A model generated the notes under the pieces. It made no database searches, had not been told where the DNA came from, and saw nothing but the letters and a program-made list of their open reading frames with translations. 64,000 bases of DNA from assembly GCA_000934665.2 (NCBI GenBank), contig KZ538050.1, positions 1 through 64,000 on the forward strand. The letters run 5' to 3'. Origin of the DNA: Catajapyx aquilonaris. Lineage: Eukaryota. A program made the translations under genes and the position numbers. Shown piece by piece: positions 26,201-39,500 of this stretch. Positions within the stretch are counted from its first letter, which is position 1; each line of letters starts with the position of its first letter.

Positions 26201-29200
26201 TATGGGGAGAAAACTGGGGGGGTCTCGTTTCTAATTGTGTGCAGCAGACGTGACCTAAATGAAATTTTAAGGTGCGCCTTTAGGGAGCCTGCACTGCGAC
26301 ATGACAAGTTCGGGTTACACACGTGGGTGACAAGAAATTTGCATTTTTTTTTTCCACCCACAGTCTCACAAGGTACACTACAGTATAGAAGGAGAATAAC
26401 AGCCTGGAGTGGCACAGTCATCACCACTCCGACCCCTGGGGCCAATTATCAAATTATTTGAGATTACACGAATTTCCGCCGCGGAAACTATTTATGGCAA
26501 GGGATTGGAAATCGACAGAAAATCTCATTTTGTCAGTCTCAATCAATGTTGAAGATTCGATTTGAAGAGCAGGAGGGGCGATGAAGGGAATGGTTTTTTT
26601 TATATATAGTACTGTATATATTTTTTCTCTCTCTCCCCTCTTACCCGCTCTCTTTATAACGAGATCTGAGAAGCGTGCGTTAAGAATGAAAGGTATTGAC
26701 TTGTCTGGACAGGTATGCAGGTGGATTTAGAGTCGGGGTCATGTTACCCTGTTAAGATAGATATGGCGATATGCGAGCACGCAGGTCGGTCGTTTTCTTT
26801 TTTGAATTGATATTCCGAAGGCATCTGAAGGCTGACTGCATGTTTTGGTATGATCAAAATACCGGTGGGGTAGCACATAAGGGCCGGTTTTAATGTCCCG
26901 CCTCACTTCTGGTAATCCGGCAGTATATCAGCCAGTAATTTTCAAAGTGCATTCAACGTGAAAAACCGCGCGTCTTTTTTTAGAGGCCTTTTTCCCCCCC
27001 TAGCAGCATGCAAGACAATAATAAAGTGGCTTGTGGGCAAGTGATGTATATGATAACGGCCTTGATTAAGGTTGATCTATAGAACTCATTAAGGCAGCCA
27101 AGTTTAGACGCTGCACTTCCATGGAATTAACCCAGATAAACCACCATTTCTAAGCCGATTACGTTTCGTAGCGAAATAGAATGCCATGATCGGAGGATCC
27201 AAAGGAATTTTTATAAATCTGAGAAGCATTGATTTTGGCTGTTTTTTTTTTTCTTTAAAAAAGTGGGGGTGGTTTTCTGCACCTAATTCTATTGTCGACA
27301 TGGTTGTTACATGAACGGGATCGATTGCGTGCACGTAAATTGCACCTGCAGACACTACTCCTTAATCTGCACGATCGGCGTGTAGGGAAACCTCTCCTTC
27401 TGTAATTAGCCTAGAGTTTTGTACTGTCCGAAAGGCCAAATGATCACCCCCCAGCTGGAGGACCATAGGGTAGGGGGAGAAGGCGGGGATTTATAGGCAT
27501 GGACGCCTGTGTGTGACAGGTGGAGCCCACAGAGAACCTGTGTTTCGAGGGAGGTGCTGGTGAATTATTTATGCAAGGTGGTAGGGGAATTTCCCTTCAT
27601 CCTCATCCCCCCTATAGCATCGTCCCCCTCCCTGCCACCTTATGCAACCCTAATTCCATTGGCTCCCTGCGTTGGGGGATTCAACTCTGGTGGAGGTTGG
27701 AGGTTTCGCCGAAGAAGCTACATGGACTGGGAATTGCCTTGGCAAATAGACGGAATGCTTCCTGATAAACGCCCTCTGCTAACCCAACACAGGGTGTTTT
27801 ATAATTTAGCTTATATTCCTGTTGGCACACTTGAAGTGTCATAAGTACGAACATTCAGCCCGTCCCGAGTTCGATCCTCGGATTTGCCATTCGCTGCTGC
27901 ATTTTGCATGCACAAATGTAATTAATGAGGTGCGTAATAAAGGCGTGCTATATATATTCAGAGTACAACAGCATTATCTGTAATTAATTTGGAACTGCAA
28001 TGTAACTCATAGTCACATGAGTAGGTAACCCGGCTAATAATGTGCGAATGCATAATGTGTGGACAATGCAGCTTATGTGAATGAAAGCGGTTGATCCTTG
28101 CCGCTCATGCCACTACGTGGTAAGCATATGCTGAAGGACACCACCGACCGCTACGAATAATCCAATGCTAGCCCATGCCCATCGACATGAAACAATCCGA
28201 TCGTGACCCAGCATCAATTTTGCATTAAATTTAAATTAAATGTTGAAGCCATTTTTTTCTTCTTCTATAGAAAAAGCCAAATACGAATTCTACTATTTTC
28301 TCAGAATTCAGTGAAGAAGAGTTAGGGGCGGAACTGCGGCAATTACATCTTGTTGGAGGTTTCGAACACAAGGAAAAAAAGAAGGTGATGGGAAGACAGG
28401 AAAGGGGGTCAGTGAGGCTGGCAGCTTTCATAAAGTGGATTAGACAAGAAGAAAGTGGAGGTTATTGGGAACAGCATCCCTTTTCTTTTACTTGCCATTT
28501 CTTTACTTAGCTTCGGCGAGATCCATTTAATTTCTATAACGAGGGAAGTGACGTGGAAAAATCAAATCCAGATTCTTCTTTTCTCTGTGTTTTTTTTATT
28601 AAGTTTTTTTTTGTGGGGTGTATTCCTAAGTGAATGGGAAGAATGAGTGGGCCCCCATTTATTGAATTGGATTGGCTGTGGTAGCGTCAATCTATAGTGA
28701 CATGTCGATAAAAAGAGAGTCAAGTTGCAAACATTGTTGTCATGCGCCTTTGCCCTGTCTTTCAAGAGCAACATTGTCCTCAAAGGGGGATTATAAATAA
28801 TGGGAAATTACGCATCCTTTATGCTGATCCTCTCGTTTTATTAAAAAATTAATGAGAGGCAATAATTCCAACTTTCACAGTAGGACAATTAAAAGTGCAA
28901 TACTCGGGAGGGGGAAGGGGCGGTAATGAATGGCTTTATGAAGGAAATAATACGAATAGATATTAAATTTCTTGAGTTCAAATTAGTTGCTAGTGGACGC
29001 CTCTACGCCCATTAATTTTTGAAAAGTAACGACTCGGCTAAGAAATGTCAAGTATCTTGTTCGCAACGCAATATCGCGGATCTATGAGAAATATGCTTTA
29101 ATTTAGAAGAGAAAAGTTAGCCATTACGGTCCCAGGTATGGGGCTCTCAGGAATGTTTTCCAGGGTCCTTCTGCATGAAAAGTGGGGCAAAAATCACTGT

Positions 29201-30466
29201 GAAAAATGTAAAGAGCCGGATTTTTTTTTTTTTTTTGGGGGGGGGGGGNCAATTATTTCGGACCTCTTTTCAACTTGACTTGAAGAGGGTCCTTTCCAAT
29301 TATAATTCAAACGTGAGCCAAAGGGTGAGGGTGCTGTAATGTGAGAGGCTGGGAATCGGAAACGAATGGTTAGGGGAAGAGGAAGCACTGCGTCATTATG
29401 CCTGGTAGTTATCGATCAGAGGTAAAAGGCGTCCGAATGTTGTAATCCTCCCTACCCTACTAAGGTTTTGATGGCCATACAAAGCTTGTACTGCACCTTT
29501 AGCTGTTGATTAAACCTAGGGTTTTCTTCAGTCTTGGCTCCCTCAAGTAAATAGCTTCAGATTACTTCCGCGGTTTCAGAGATCTTGAAGCGGTACTTAA
29601 ACTTAAAATTTCCTTCTTATTTTACAACCTGCTTCGCCCGCCTAATTTCCGTCTAGAAACAATTCGCGTCTTGCCTAATGATTTAAGGCGGGAATAATAT
29701 TTTAATACCATTTCTTCTACATGAGTGTAGGTTTATAGGCATAGTCTAGGGTTCGAATCTCGGTGGCTGATCCCATATGAACAAACGAACCTCTCTCTTT
29801 TTTTTTTTGGAGAGTGCTCGGAAAATCAACTTTGGTGCGAATTTTTATTCAGTTGAGCACATTTGAAAGTGAAATTCAAATACGTTGCTCCGATTGAATG
29901 CCACATCAGAAAGAGCGAAATATTCCGGTGTGTTTGGGGGGAGTGGGGAGGGGGGGGGNTTGCACCATATGTTATACCCTTTTTTTGAACATTCTGCGCC
30001 TGCTGCCCCGGGGAGCGTGAAAAAACCCGGAGCTTGTGTGTGTGTATGTGTGTGTTAGGTTATAATTACCCTGGCCGAATTTTCTGCGATGAGGCAGGGA
30101 ATGGGGAGTAAATATTTGCATCTGCAAAGGCCGATTGGGAGCAATTAAAAGTAGACTTGGTTCCCTCTGCTGGGGGGGAAAGGTTTTCCCTGGTTGGAAA
30201 AGGAAACAAAATGAACCCAATCACCGCACTTGGCTAGCTTGTTAGTATATCGGAAAGGGATCGTTGCGCACCGTGAATTCTGCTGATTGAGACTTTTCCC
30301 CAACTTTATGCTTCCTCAGTTTTCTTGGGTAGTCTTGCAAGCTCGGCTCCTAAAACCTTCCAACCTCCCCAAATTCGTATGCTATAAATGCCTTGCAGGC
30401 TGAAAAGTACGACTTGGAGAAGAAGAAAAAAAACTATAACCTACTATTTTTTTCGTCTATTTTCAG

Positions 30467-30589
30467 CGAGGAGTCAAGTGCCCAGCTACATCTCTAATCC
30501 TCAACATCCATCGTTTCTTTCTACGGGAGAAACATTTCGTGTGGTCCAAGGAGACACCCTGGCATTACCATGTGAAGCTGACAATTTAG
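30467..30589 (+). CDS. IgSF gene internal exon: N-terminal stalk and first half of Ig1 (to first Cys)
   Basis: Acceptor ttttttcgtctattttcag|CG, donor TTAG|gtaagt; 123 nt, phase 1/1; encodes PSFLSTGETFRVVQGDTLALPCEADNL. Confidence 0.92.
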   Translation, partial: RGVKCPATSLILNIHRFFLREKHFVWSKETPWHYHVKLTI

Positions 30590-33500
30590 GTAAGTTTTCT
30601 CAATGTGGCATCCTGAGGTTATTTATTTTTTTCGAGGATAATCTGTATGAAATGTAAACGACTACGTGTCGACCTCCGTTTCCCATTTCACATCAGCATT
30701 AATGCTGGACTTGTTTAATATCAAATGAATCTTAAACAGCCAAAGGCATTTTCTTGGCTTGGCTGCTGATAAAAAACTTCCCCCCCCCCCCTGCACGTCT
30801 TTTTTTTCTGTTGGATCCAACGGAAGAAGAAGTGGCCAGAGATATTATTCCTCAGCAAACGTGCCTAAGGCTTGAAGACGCCAAACCGAAGCTTCTCGAG
30901 AGCAATCCAGTGCGTATTTTCTGCTCCTTGCTTGCTGCCTGGAATCTTGGCGAAGCCTCTCGAAGCAGATTCGGAATAAATATGTGGCGGATTTAAATGG
31001 CACTCGAGTGGAATGTAGTCTTGAAGTGGGGGCTGGGGGGAAAATGACTAGGAAGTAATGGAATTTCTAAGAGGATGGATGACTTTGTGGCCACTCGAGC
31101 AGCACTCGGATTTACCCGTTGTCGTAAATTATTGATGGATACACCCAAAATCTTCATCCATGCTGCCTGTTAGACTTTCAAATGAGATTTGTTTTTGTGG
31201 CCTGGACAAACATTGGTGATTTACGGTCAGGCTTTGTTGTTTGGGGGGGGGGGGGGGNGGGGGGGGGTGTTATGTGATGCGAATGACCCAAAATTACCTT
31301 CTCATTTACATGAGTCTCTTATGCGTGTTCGCGTACATCCTGCTTGAATTGGACGTTTTTAAAGCAACTGTGGGTGTAGCAGTGAGAGCAGGGGGGGTCA
31401 TTGAGTTAGTAGAGTTGCAGAACTTCGCCATAAATGTGTGGGTATGTCACTTGAACTTTGTGAGCCGTAAGTCTGCCGGATCAAAATGAGATGCAGTAGC
31501 AGACCTGTATAATTCTGATAAAAAAAACTTCTTGGCCAAGTTTTGCCACAATGCTCCTCACATGTAATCATATTTTGATTCCACCCAGAGAGACACTAAT
31601 GAGCCAAATTTTTGTCGCGAAATTTGAAGAGCCCTACTCTATTGCATAGCGCACCATATGCACTGCAGTTTTCAAGTACCTAGTCCGCAATGGTATTCCC
31701 AGCTAACGAATCCAAATTGGTCTGTGACCTTTTCCACCCTCAACCTTCCCTCCCCCGTTTTCCCCTCCCTCCTCCCCCCATTTCCTCTCTTCGTTGGCAA
31801 CCATTACTGCAGAGTACAGCGTAGCTTAAGTATCACGGGCTGTCTACTTCTGATGATCACAAGGAGCCGTTGGGCAGGGAGACTCACTCGGGACGATATT
31901 GCTCTGGGAAGGAATAGCCTGGAGAACTTCGACTCTGCTGCTTTTAATGAAGGCAAGAGGACTAGGCATATATGAACTGTAGGTAGAATTTTTGGAGAGA
32001 GGATTTCAGAGTATTAAGTATATATGGAGCTGTGCCGTGAGAGAGTTACCAAGAATATTCGACCAAAATTTTAATCGGGTATTATTTCTGAACTATTGCT
32101 ATGCTAACTAACTGTTGGTGCTGTACTGTAGTATTGTAAAGTGTGGAGAGAGCTGCTGCAATCATAGCCTACTTGCACTGTACATTCACACATGGATGAG
32201 GAGGTGTGTATTGGCAAGGTACGAAATCAATGCCGTAACTCAACTTGATTGGCTTACTTGATCATCATCAGTAAATTAAGTACATACTGTGTGCATGGTG
32301 GGTGGCCTTGCCGTTACAGTAGATTCGGCCTTAATATGCTTTCATAACATGCTGCATTGGGTATTCATGAATGCAACAGAAAATTGGTGAGTTTACTGTG
32401 GCACATACTGTGCGTCATTTTTGTGTGGACATGTAGTTGCAATTTAACGGTGTGGTGCACATGATGGGGCTGCAATTGTCACGCTTTGCTTCACGGTCTT
32501 TTCCAACAGGATTAACTGGAGAATCATTCTCCTCTTGCTTCCCATTATTTACAGCCCAGGTTGTAGTGCAAGAGTTTAGCATAATATGAAAGCCACTAAT
32601 AAAAGTGCTCAGTTTATTTTTGGAACAATGAGGCACGCATTATGTTGGTAACAATCCAGCATTTCACATCTGAGTAGGTGATTAAATTGGGATATAGTCT
32701 ACTTCGCGAGCATTTTGGTGACAATAGTAACACTTAATAACTTATGCATTTCAATACTCAAAACTCAATGAACACAGACAACAACCAGTTTTCAACTCCT
32801 GTTTGTATCGGAGTGTCTCTCTTTAAGAGAGTCAACAAGTTATCCCCTATAATAAGTGGCGTGCAACTGACAACCTACTACATTTATACACATCCTTACA
32901 AGTTCAACTCCACAATAATTGCAACACCAGCTGTGTTTTAGAAAACAAAGTATCAATAAAGCAACGCTCTGGGTGACAATACGTTGTCACAGCCTGATGC
33001 ACAGTTTCCTGCATTTTGACAAACTAGTCCCAAGCTCTGGGACTTTCTCCTGCTCCTTATTTAGTGCCGAGTTTCCTGGCATGAAGCAGTCGCGGAATCT
33101 GGGCGAAGCCGGCAATAAATTGCTAAACTTGGGATCCAAAATTGTGCTGCAGATCCAGAAAGCCTTTTCGCTTTGGTCCGCGATGCTGAAGCGGAGGTTT
33201 TGGATCTCATCAACGCACGGATGACTCGGCGGAATCCACTGCAAAAGGGAAGCAGGCAGAGAGGCTGAGGGGGGTCAGGACCATCCTTAAAAGACTCCTT
33301 TTCCCAACAAAAGGGGATTACTTCCCAAACTCCTTCCCTAACAAAGTTGGATATTTACCAGCAGTTTTTTTTGTCCCTCAGGTGACTACTACCTGCTGTG
33401 GAAGCGTGGTAAGGCTGTACTGACAGCCGGCCGTATGATGATCACCAAGGAGAAACGTATGCGTCTTGTGGACGGATTCAACCTGGAAATAGTCAAAGTG

Positions 33501-36500
33501 CAGCCTCAGGACGCTGGCGACTACATCTGTCAGATCAGCACGGATCCGCCCCAGGAGCAAGCCCATACCGTCGAGATCCTAGGTAAGTTGCATCGCTTTC
33601 TCTCGAGAGCACGTCTGCCTGCCTTGTTTCTGGCGGATCATAACAGGCGCGGGGGCCCTCCCTCCTTCATATACTCCAGGGGCATCATCTAGCTTGTTGG
33701 AAGGAATGTAATTACAGGAAATAATTATCCACTTTGCCCCAAATTATATGGGAAAAGCTAATCTTGCGAGAACCTCAACAAAATTCTCGGAGCAAGTTGC
33801 GCATAATTGAATGCGACGCGAGGAATTTACAAGTGCCATTCGTCTACTAGGCGGTTTATTATCCCTAAATATTTTGCTGTGTTCGTTCAAGCAAGGGGAA
33901 GACTAGTAGCAACAATGTATCGACTCTTTATTGATGGTTGGTATTTATAGTGACGAGCTAAAATTAGGAACGGCGAGAGGCATTGTGAGGTCATCTGACC
34001 CAGCAGTTGGTCGTGGTCGAGGTCCAGTAATACAATGGTTGTCAACAACTAGCCTCGTGTCCGGCCGTCTCACGACTGATTTTCCACGCCACCTCTTGAC
34101 AAAACTTGCAACTTCCAACTAACCCCATCTCGTGTCACAGCACATGATATTCAGGCAGTTTTCCCTATTTCCCCTGTTTGAACCCGAGGAGCGATATCGA
34201 TCTGCAAGTAGCGATGACCAAGTGCCTTCTGCGCCTTGCTAGGTGGCTCCTGGCCCCAGGGGAAGGCTACCCCTTTTTGTCGGGCATAGCACACACCCTC
34301 CTACCGTAGGAGGCGCCTGCTTCCTAATGAGGTGTCGCATGGCATGCTCCTGAAGCAATCTTCATCCCATCCCAGAAGCAGCACCGGTTGGCAGGCAGGG
34401 AAGCAGGGGGATGGGGGGCAAGACCATACCCAGCGGCTAATAAACTCCAACTTTAATCGCTTCACACGGCCGCCGTTGAAGTTACTAATCTGTTAGGTGG
34501 GGTGTGTAGGAGCTGGGCCTTGATAATGCAACTGGAGATATTGGCTGAGTGAGGCACTTAATGAAGTGCGATGGGGGGAACATTATTAGTCCCCTGCCTT
34601 GTATGGCAAACGGCCGCCGTGGCTGGAAAGCCTGTATACCTTGAATAGCCAATTCCCGCCACGTTTTATAGAGGAGGGAAAAGGCAGCGCTCGACCTGAA
34701 ACAATGTTATCTGCTTCACTGTCTACTTTGCAGCTGTAAACAAAATTACAGCTAGGGATCCTGGGGGTGGGCAGGCTGGGTAGGCCAGGGAAGGGGGGGG
34801 AACTTATGAGGACTTTTAGCGTGCTAACGAGGAAGTAGCGCCTCTTGCTCAAAAAATGGACGCACCCATGCCACATTAAATTCTGATGAGCCAGGACACT
34901 AATAGGCCGCTGCCTGCGTTCTCACTCGGCTGCGGTTTCATGATAGACCGCGGCCCAAGCGACCATGGAAAGCTGCTGCATGCATTTCGTGTGCAGCCAG
35001 AGGAAGCCGACAGAATAGGGTTGCCAGAGAGGGACGGGAAAAAAAGAAACAACAGGGCTGGAGGGAGGATTCCTAGGCTGGACTTTTTAGCCCCTAATGC
35101 CAGTGTCAAATGGTCTCACCACTGGTGCAACAAGGGGCACACACTCTGGACCACTCTTGAGGATTTTTACCAATGGCAATGATTCGAGTAATGGCCCAGA
35201 CAGCTCCAGTCAAAGGAGCAGGCATGAATATTTCATGGTCGGAAGTAGCAGTAACTGAATCCTGAAATATACATTAGCGCCTGGAATATTCTGCTTCTTG
35301 TGGCGAATTATGCCGTGGGAATGGAGACAAACACCCCGATTATACAGTATGATAAGTGCCGGCGGTGTCCGACCCTTGAACCTTGCACAGCCTTTGGCGA
35401 GGGGCAGACGCGAACAGGTGCAACTTCTCAATTCAAATAAATGGTCGGCCTCCTACGCCCTTGTCCCATTTATTATTTATTGTTCCCGGGAGTCAATGTG
35501 GAGGATTGGCTAGTTGAAAATAGGGTTTCATCAGATGTTTGAGAAAGCAGGGGGAAATCCGACGGATTTTTTTTCCCCCCCGTACTTTCCCCGAGACGAA
35601 TGTATGCCCAGAAAATTTCTGGCGCTGTTCCTAATGCTGCGTAATTAACCTTTAGCTAATTCCATTATTATGAATGTTCGTGCCACGTGTCACTTCCAGC
35701 GGAACATTTACAGAGAAATCCAGCCAGCTAAGCAAGGAAATGCAGATATTTTCAGTTCTCCGTCGGGTATAACGAATGTGTTGAGGCGAACAGGAGGAAT
35801 TAGGCAGAAATGAAGTCGATTCACGATTAGCAGGATGATGCACTAATTTGCTCTCTCTCGGAAGAGGGGAATTACTTCATGAGCATTTAGACTTATACTG
35901 ATTATAATTCATGTGCCTATTACATATATCCAGAATCCGCATACATTGGACCAGTGTTATCTTTCAGTTTAGCGAAAATGAGAAATTGGCTTACAAGCCG
36001 CAATCTGAGAGAGGCTTAAAGGTACACATCCACTGGGAGTTGTGTAATGAAACCGGTGCTTCCTATGGAGAAGGAAAGAGTCTCTAAGCTGGTGGCCGGA
36101 GGAATAACCAACGCTACTACCAAGCTACTAAGAGCTCTCTGTTTGACTTGCAATAGAAACGCCATTTTGGCTGCACTGTAACTTTTGTTAGGACTTTCCG
36201 AGTCTTGCAGGGGTTTTCAGCATATATGGGATTAGGAAATACATAAATCAGTTACAAAATCCTGCCTAAGCTTGTCGTTATGTTTGGTCTGAATTGCTGG
36301 TCTGTCACTGGACATATGAAACTTAGTAGACTTTATTACCCGCCTACCACACCTCTCTTGCAAATACTAGTGCTAATGAAAAATCCATGTAATCGATTTC
36401 TAAATTCCCCCTTTGTGTTTTTTTTTTACCTTGCAAATGACCTCTGGTAAAACATGTCGACCCCTATACCACCAATATACATGCCTTTGACCTCCCCTGC

Positions 36501-39500
36501 TTTGTTTGTGTACTTTGTAAATCCGAAGGGGGGTGGGTCTCATATAATTCCAATCCAGTCCGTAATACTTTTAAGCCTATATTGAACATTTCAATAAAAC
36601 GCGAGTCCTTTGGTGGCCGAAGGGAAAGGAAAGCAAAGGGACTCGAGTCTTCCCCCCCTCCCCCCCTCCCCCCTCCATCCTCTTAGGTCCACAGTATTTG
36701 ATCTCAGACAGGTTTAATTTTTCCGGAGCCTCTCTTATAACCTGATCGATTTGTCCCCTGCTCCCATTCTGCTCCAGAAAACCCAGTCCAAATACAGAAA
36801 ACAAGAAGAGGCTCTTGATTTAACAGAACTTTTCATTACTTCGGGACTCCGGCCCAGGGGGTAGGTGAGCTTCCCCAAGTTGCCAGATTGTCATTTGGCT
36901 GGAGGTTTAAAGAAAGGTGGGGAGGGGGGGGGGGGTTTGTTTGGAAGGTTGACACTTTGAGTAGGGGAGGGGAGGGGGAATGTTCTGGTGATGCGAATGT
37001 CGAGTGGAGGTGGGGTCCAAAAAATCCGAGGGTGAGTCAACAAGCCTCGCAGTTTGAAACGGACGGACAAAGATTTCCAGGGTTTGCACCGGGGTAGTGC
37101 GGGGAAACACACGTTTTCCTGGGTCGGTAGCATTGTGCACGCTACACACATTTCAAACATGCGGGAACACGAATTGGCACTGTCCTAAATGACACTAAAG
37201 GAAAATAATGGGTTTGGAGCAGAGTTTTTTTTTGTTTTTTGGGGGTGGGTGTATGCGCTGGGAGGAGTGTAGTTGACTCATGGAGTGTAGATTTGAGAGG
37301 GAAGTATGGGGTTGACTGCTATTGCGCGCAATTACAGTAATAACATCAAAATAGTGAGTCATGAGCGCAAGGGGAGGTCGTCGATGAGGGTCAAATGAGT
37401 GCGGAAACACAATGGGGGCTGTTATCGTAACCTCTGGTAGCCCGAGCCAGGAACGAAGGGAAAGGCTTGGGCTGGTTGAAAGGGTTCGATAGAGTCCTCT
37501 TCTCCCTTCCCCGAAGCCGATGATTAATGGAGGAGGATGCAGCAGCCGTTATCAAAATTTGCCAACTGTGATGTTGGCAGTCTGACGAGGAGCGACGCTG
37601 TCTTCATTCGCCAATTGAATTATCAAGCACCCGCTTCTTTCTTTAGGCCTCGCGTGTTGACAGCATGCTCAAATAACTTTCAAGAAAGAGAATTTTAACT
37701 CGGGATGACGAATGCCTCTTTGTTTTGCTACCACCCACCCCTGGTCTTTTGTTGTGCTATTTGTAATTGAAGGAGCTGATGGTGTACTCCCTCGACAAAA
37801 GGAATATTAAAGGTTGCTGGCATCGGAAATACCCTGCTTTGCTGAGGATGTCGTATGCATTCGCCAAATTTTTTTTTGTTTTGGTTTGTGTGGACTTGTA
37901 GGATAGTTATTAATAGCTTAGGAACCTATTGCATGATTCGAAAGCAAGTTTCTAGTGCTCGCAGGTGGTGTCTTCAATACGTAAGCCTGTTCTTGTACAG
38001 CTTTACACTTACTCTCTTGATTCGAAGCTAGATTCGTAGCGGAGTCAATAAATTTGTTAGAGCCTTTTGCCCTGGGGATATTTTGCAGCGAAGTCGATGA
38101 AAGTTTTCAGGAAAGGCCACTGTGGAACAGCTAAAATTTATTACGGTTTTATTTATCCATTAAAAGCTCCAGTGTCTCTTTCTGAGACTTAGCTCTATTA
38201 GGAATGTAACTAGGAGTGATTTCATGTTTTAAAAAGCCAAATTCTGGCTTCACTCCGTTCACTTTTTTTTCTTTATGAACCCAAAAAATGCACCATTCAA
38301 CCTTGCTCTCAAATGTCTCAGGAGGTGGTAGTAACAAGACTAGTGTCACTGTCACTATTTGCAATGAAATATTTGTAGAATTATTACTCTACTGCAAAAG
38401 GCCTGTGCAACGATTACAAACTATTGCATTGTTGAAATTCGGGTGAAAGACCAATCGCCATCATTTCTGAATATGTATTCTGCACATTTTATTAAAGGTG
38501 CGAATTTGACATACAACGATGTCAAACAATGAAGCATGTGCTCGAAACGGCCACTCGTATTCAACTCTGACACTTTGAAGGGAAAAACCCAATTTGGAAA
38601 CTACGTCCCTCACATTATGACATATATGCCTGCACTCGCAGTAAAGAGCCGAAAGTAATTTATTAATGCATCCTCACACACCCTTTTACAAAGTGATATA
38701 CGCACTGTAGTATGAGCAAACTTTGTGAACTATTGCCTCGACTAATAATGTATTATAGCACTATGCTGCATTGCACTTCAAACACAAGTGTGAACATTTC
38801 CCACTCGGAAATTCTCATCAATTATGAACACCGCTATAGCCTCCTTTGCAGTGAGTGCAAAGTAAGGTATGCCAATAGCCTGACGTCACTTCGAACGGGA
38901 AATCCCCGCATCATTCCCGCGCTACCCCATCGCCAAAGCAGCCCGTTTCGCAAACTGTAGAACCCTCTCTCCTCCTCTCCCTTCCTCTCCCTGGCTGGCT
39001 CAACTCCCCACTCACCTCTTCCAAGTCTCTCCGATAAGGCCCATTGGCTGCGGCGAGGTTATCTGGCGGGACATTAATTGCAGGCGAGAAGGAAGGGTCA
39101 TCGGAGGAGGAGGCCCAGCGGCCATTTGGCGCCAAAGCCCTGGGATTAGCCCAGGCGGCGCCTCCTCTCTCTGTTAACTTATATATCTTCCTCCAAGGGG
39201 GACTAACGTGGGCCCACAGTTGCCATTCCGGAGCGCGGGCTGGGTGTGTCCGGAATGCGGGCCGATTGGAACACTCTTTTTACCGCTGTTTACGACGACG
39301 GACGCGGGAAGGCGCTAGGTTGGAAATGTATTCACGGGACGAACCACCCTATCGATTCCCTACCTTCATCAAAACTAACGTCAAATAGTGTTATCCTAGA
39401 CACTACACTGTCAAAGAGTGTTATCCTGGAAACTATACAACGCCAAAGAGTGTTATCCTGGAAACTATACACCGCCAAAGAGTGTTATCCTAACAGCGGC

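Noticed and set aside
28455..28646. Hydrophobic ORF just upstream of the first Ig exon
   Set aside because: Starts with GTG, has no phase-1 GT donor after the hydrophobic stretch, and reflects T-rich composition
39381..39491. CRISPR-like repeat-spacer array
   Set aside because: Spacers are near-identical to each other, the context is eukaryotic and there are no cas genes
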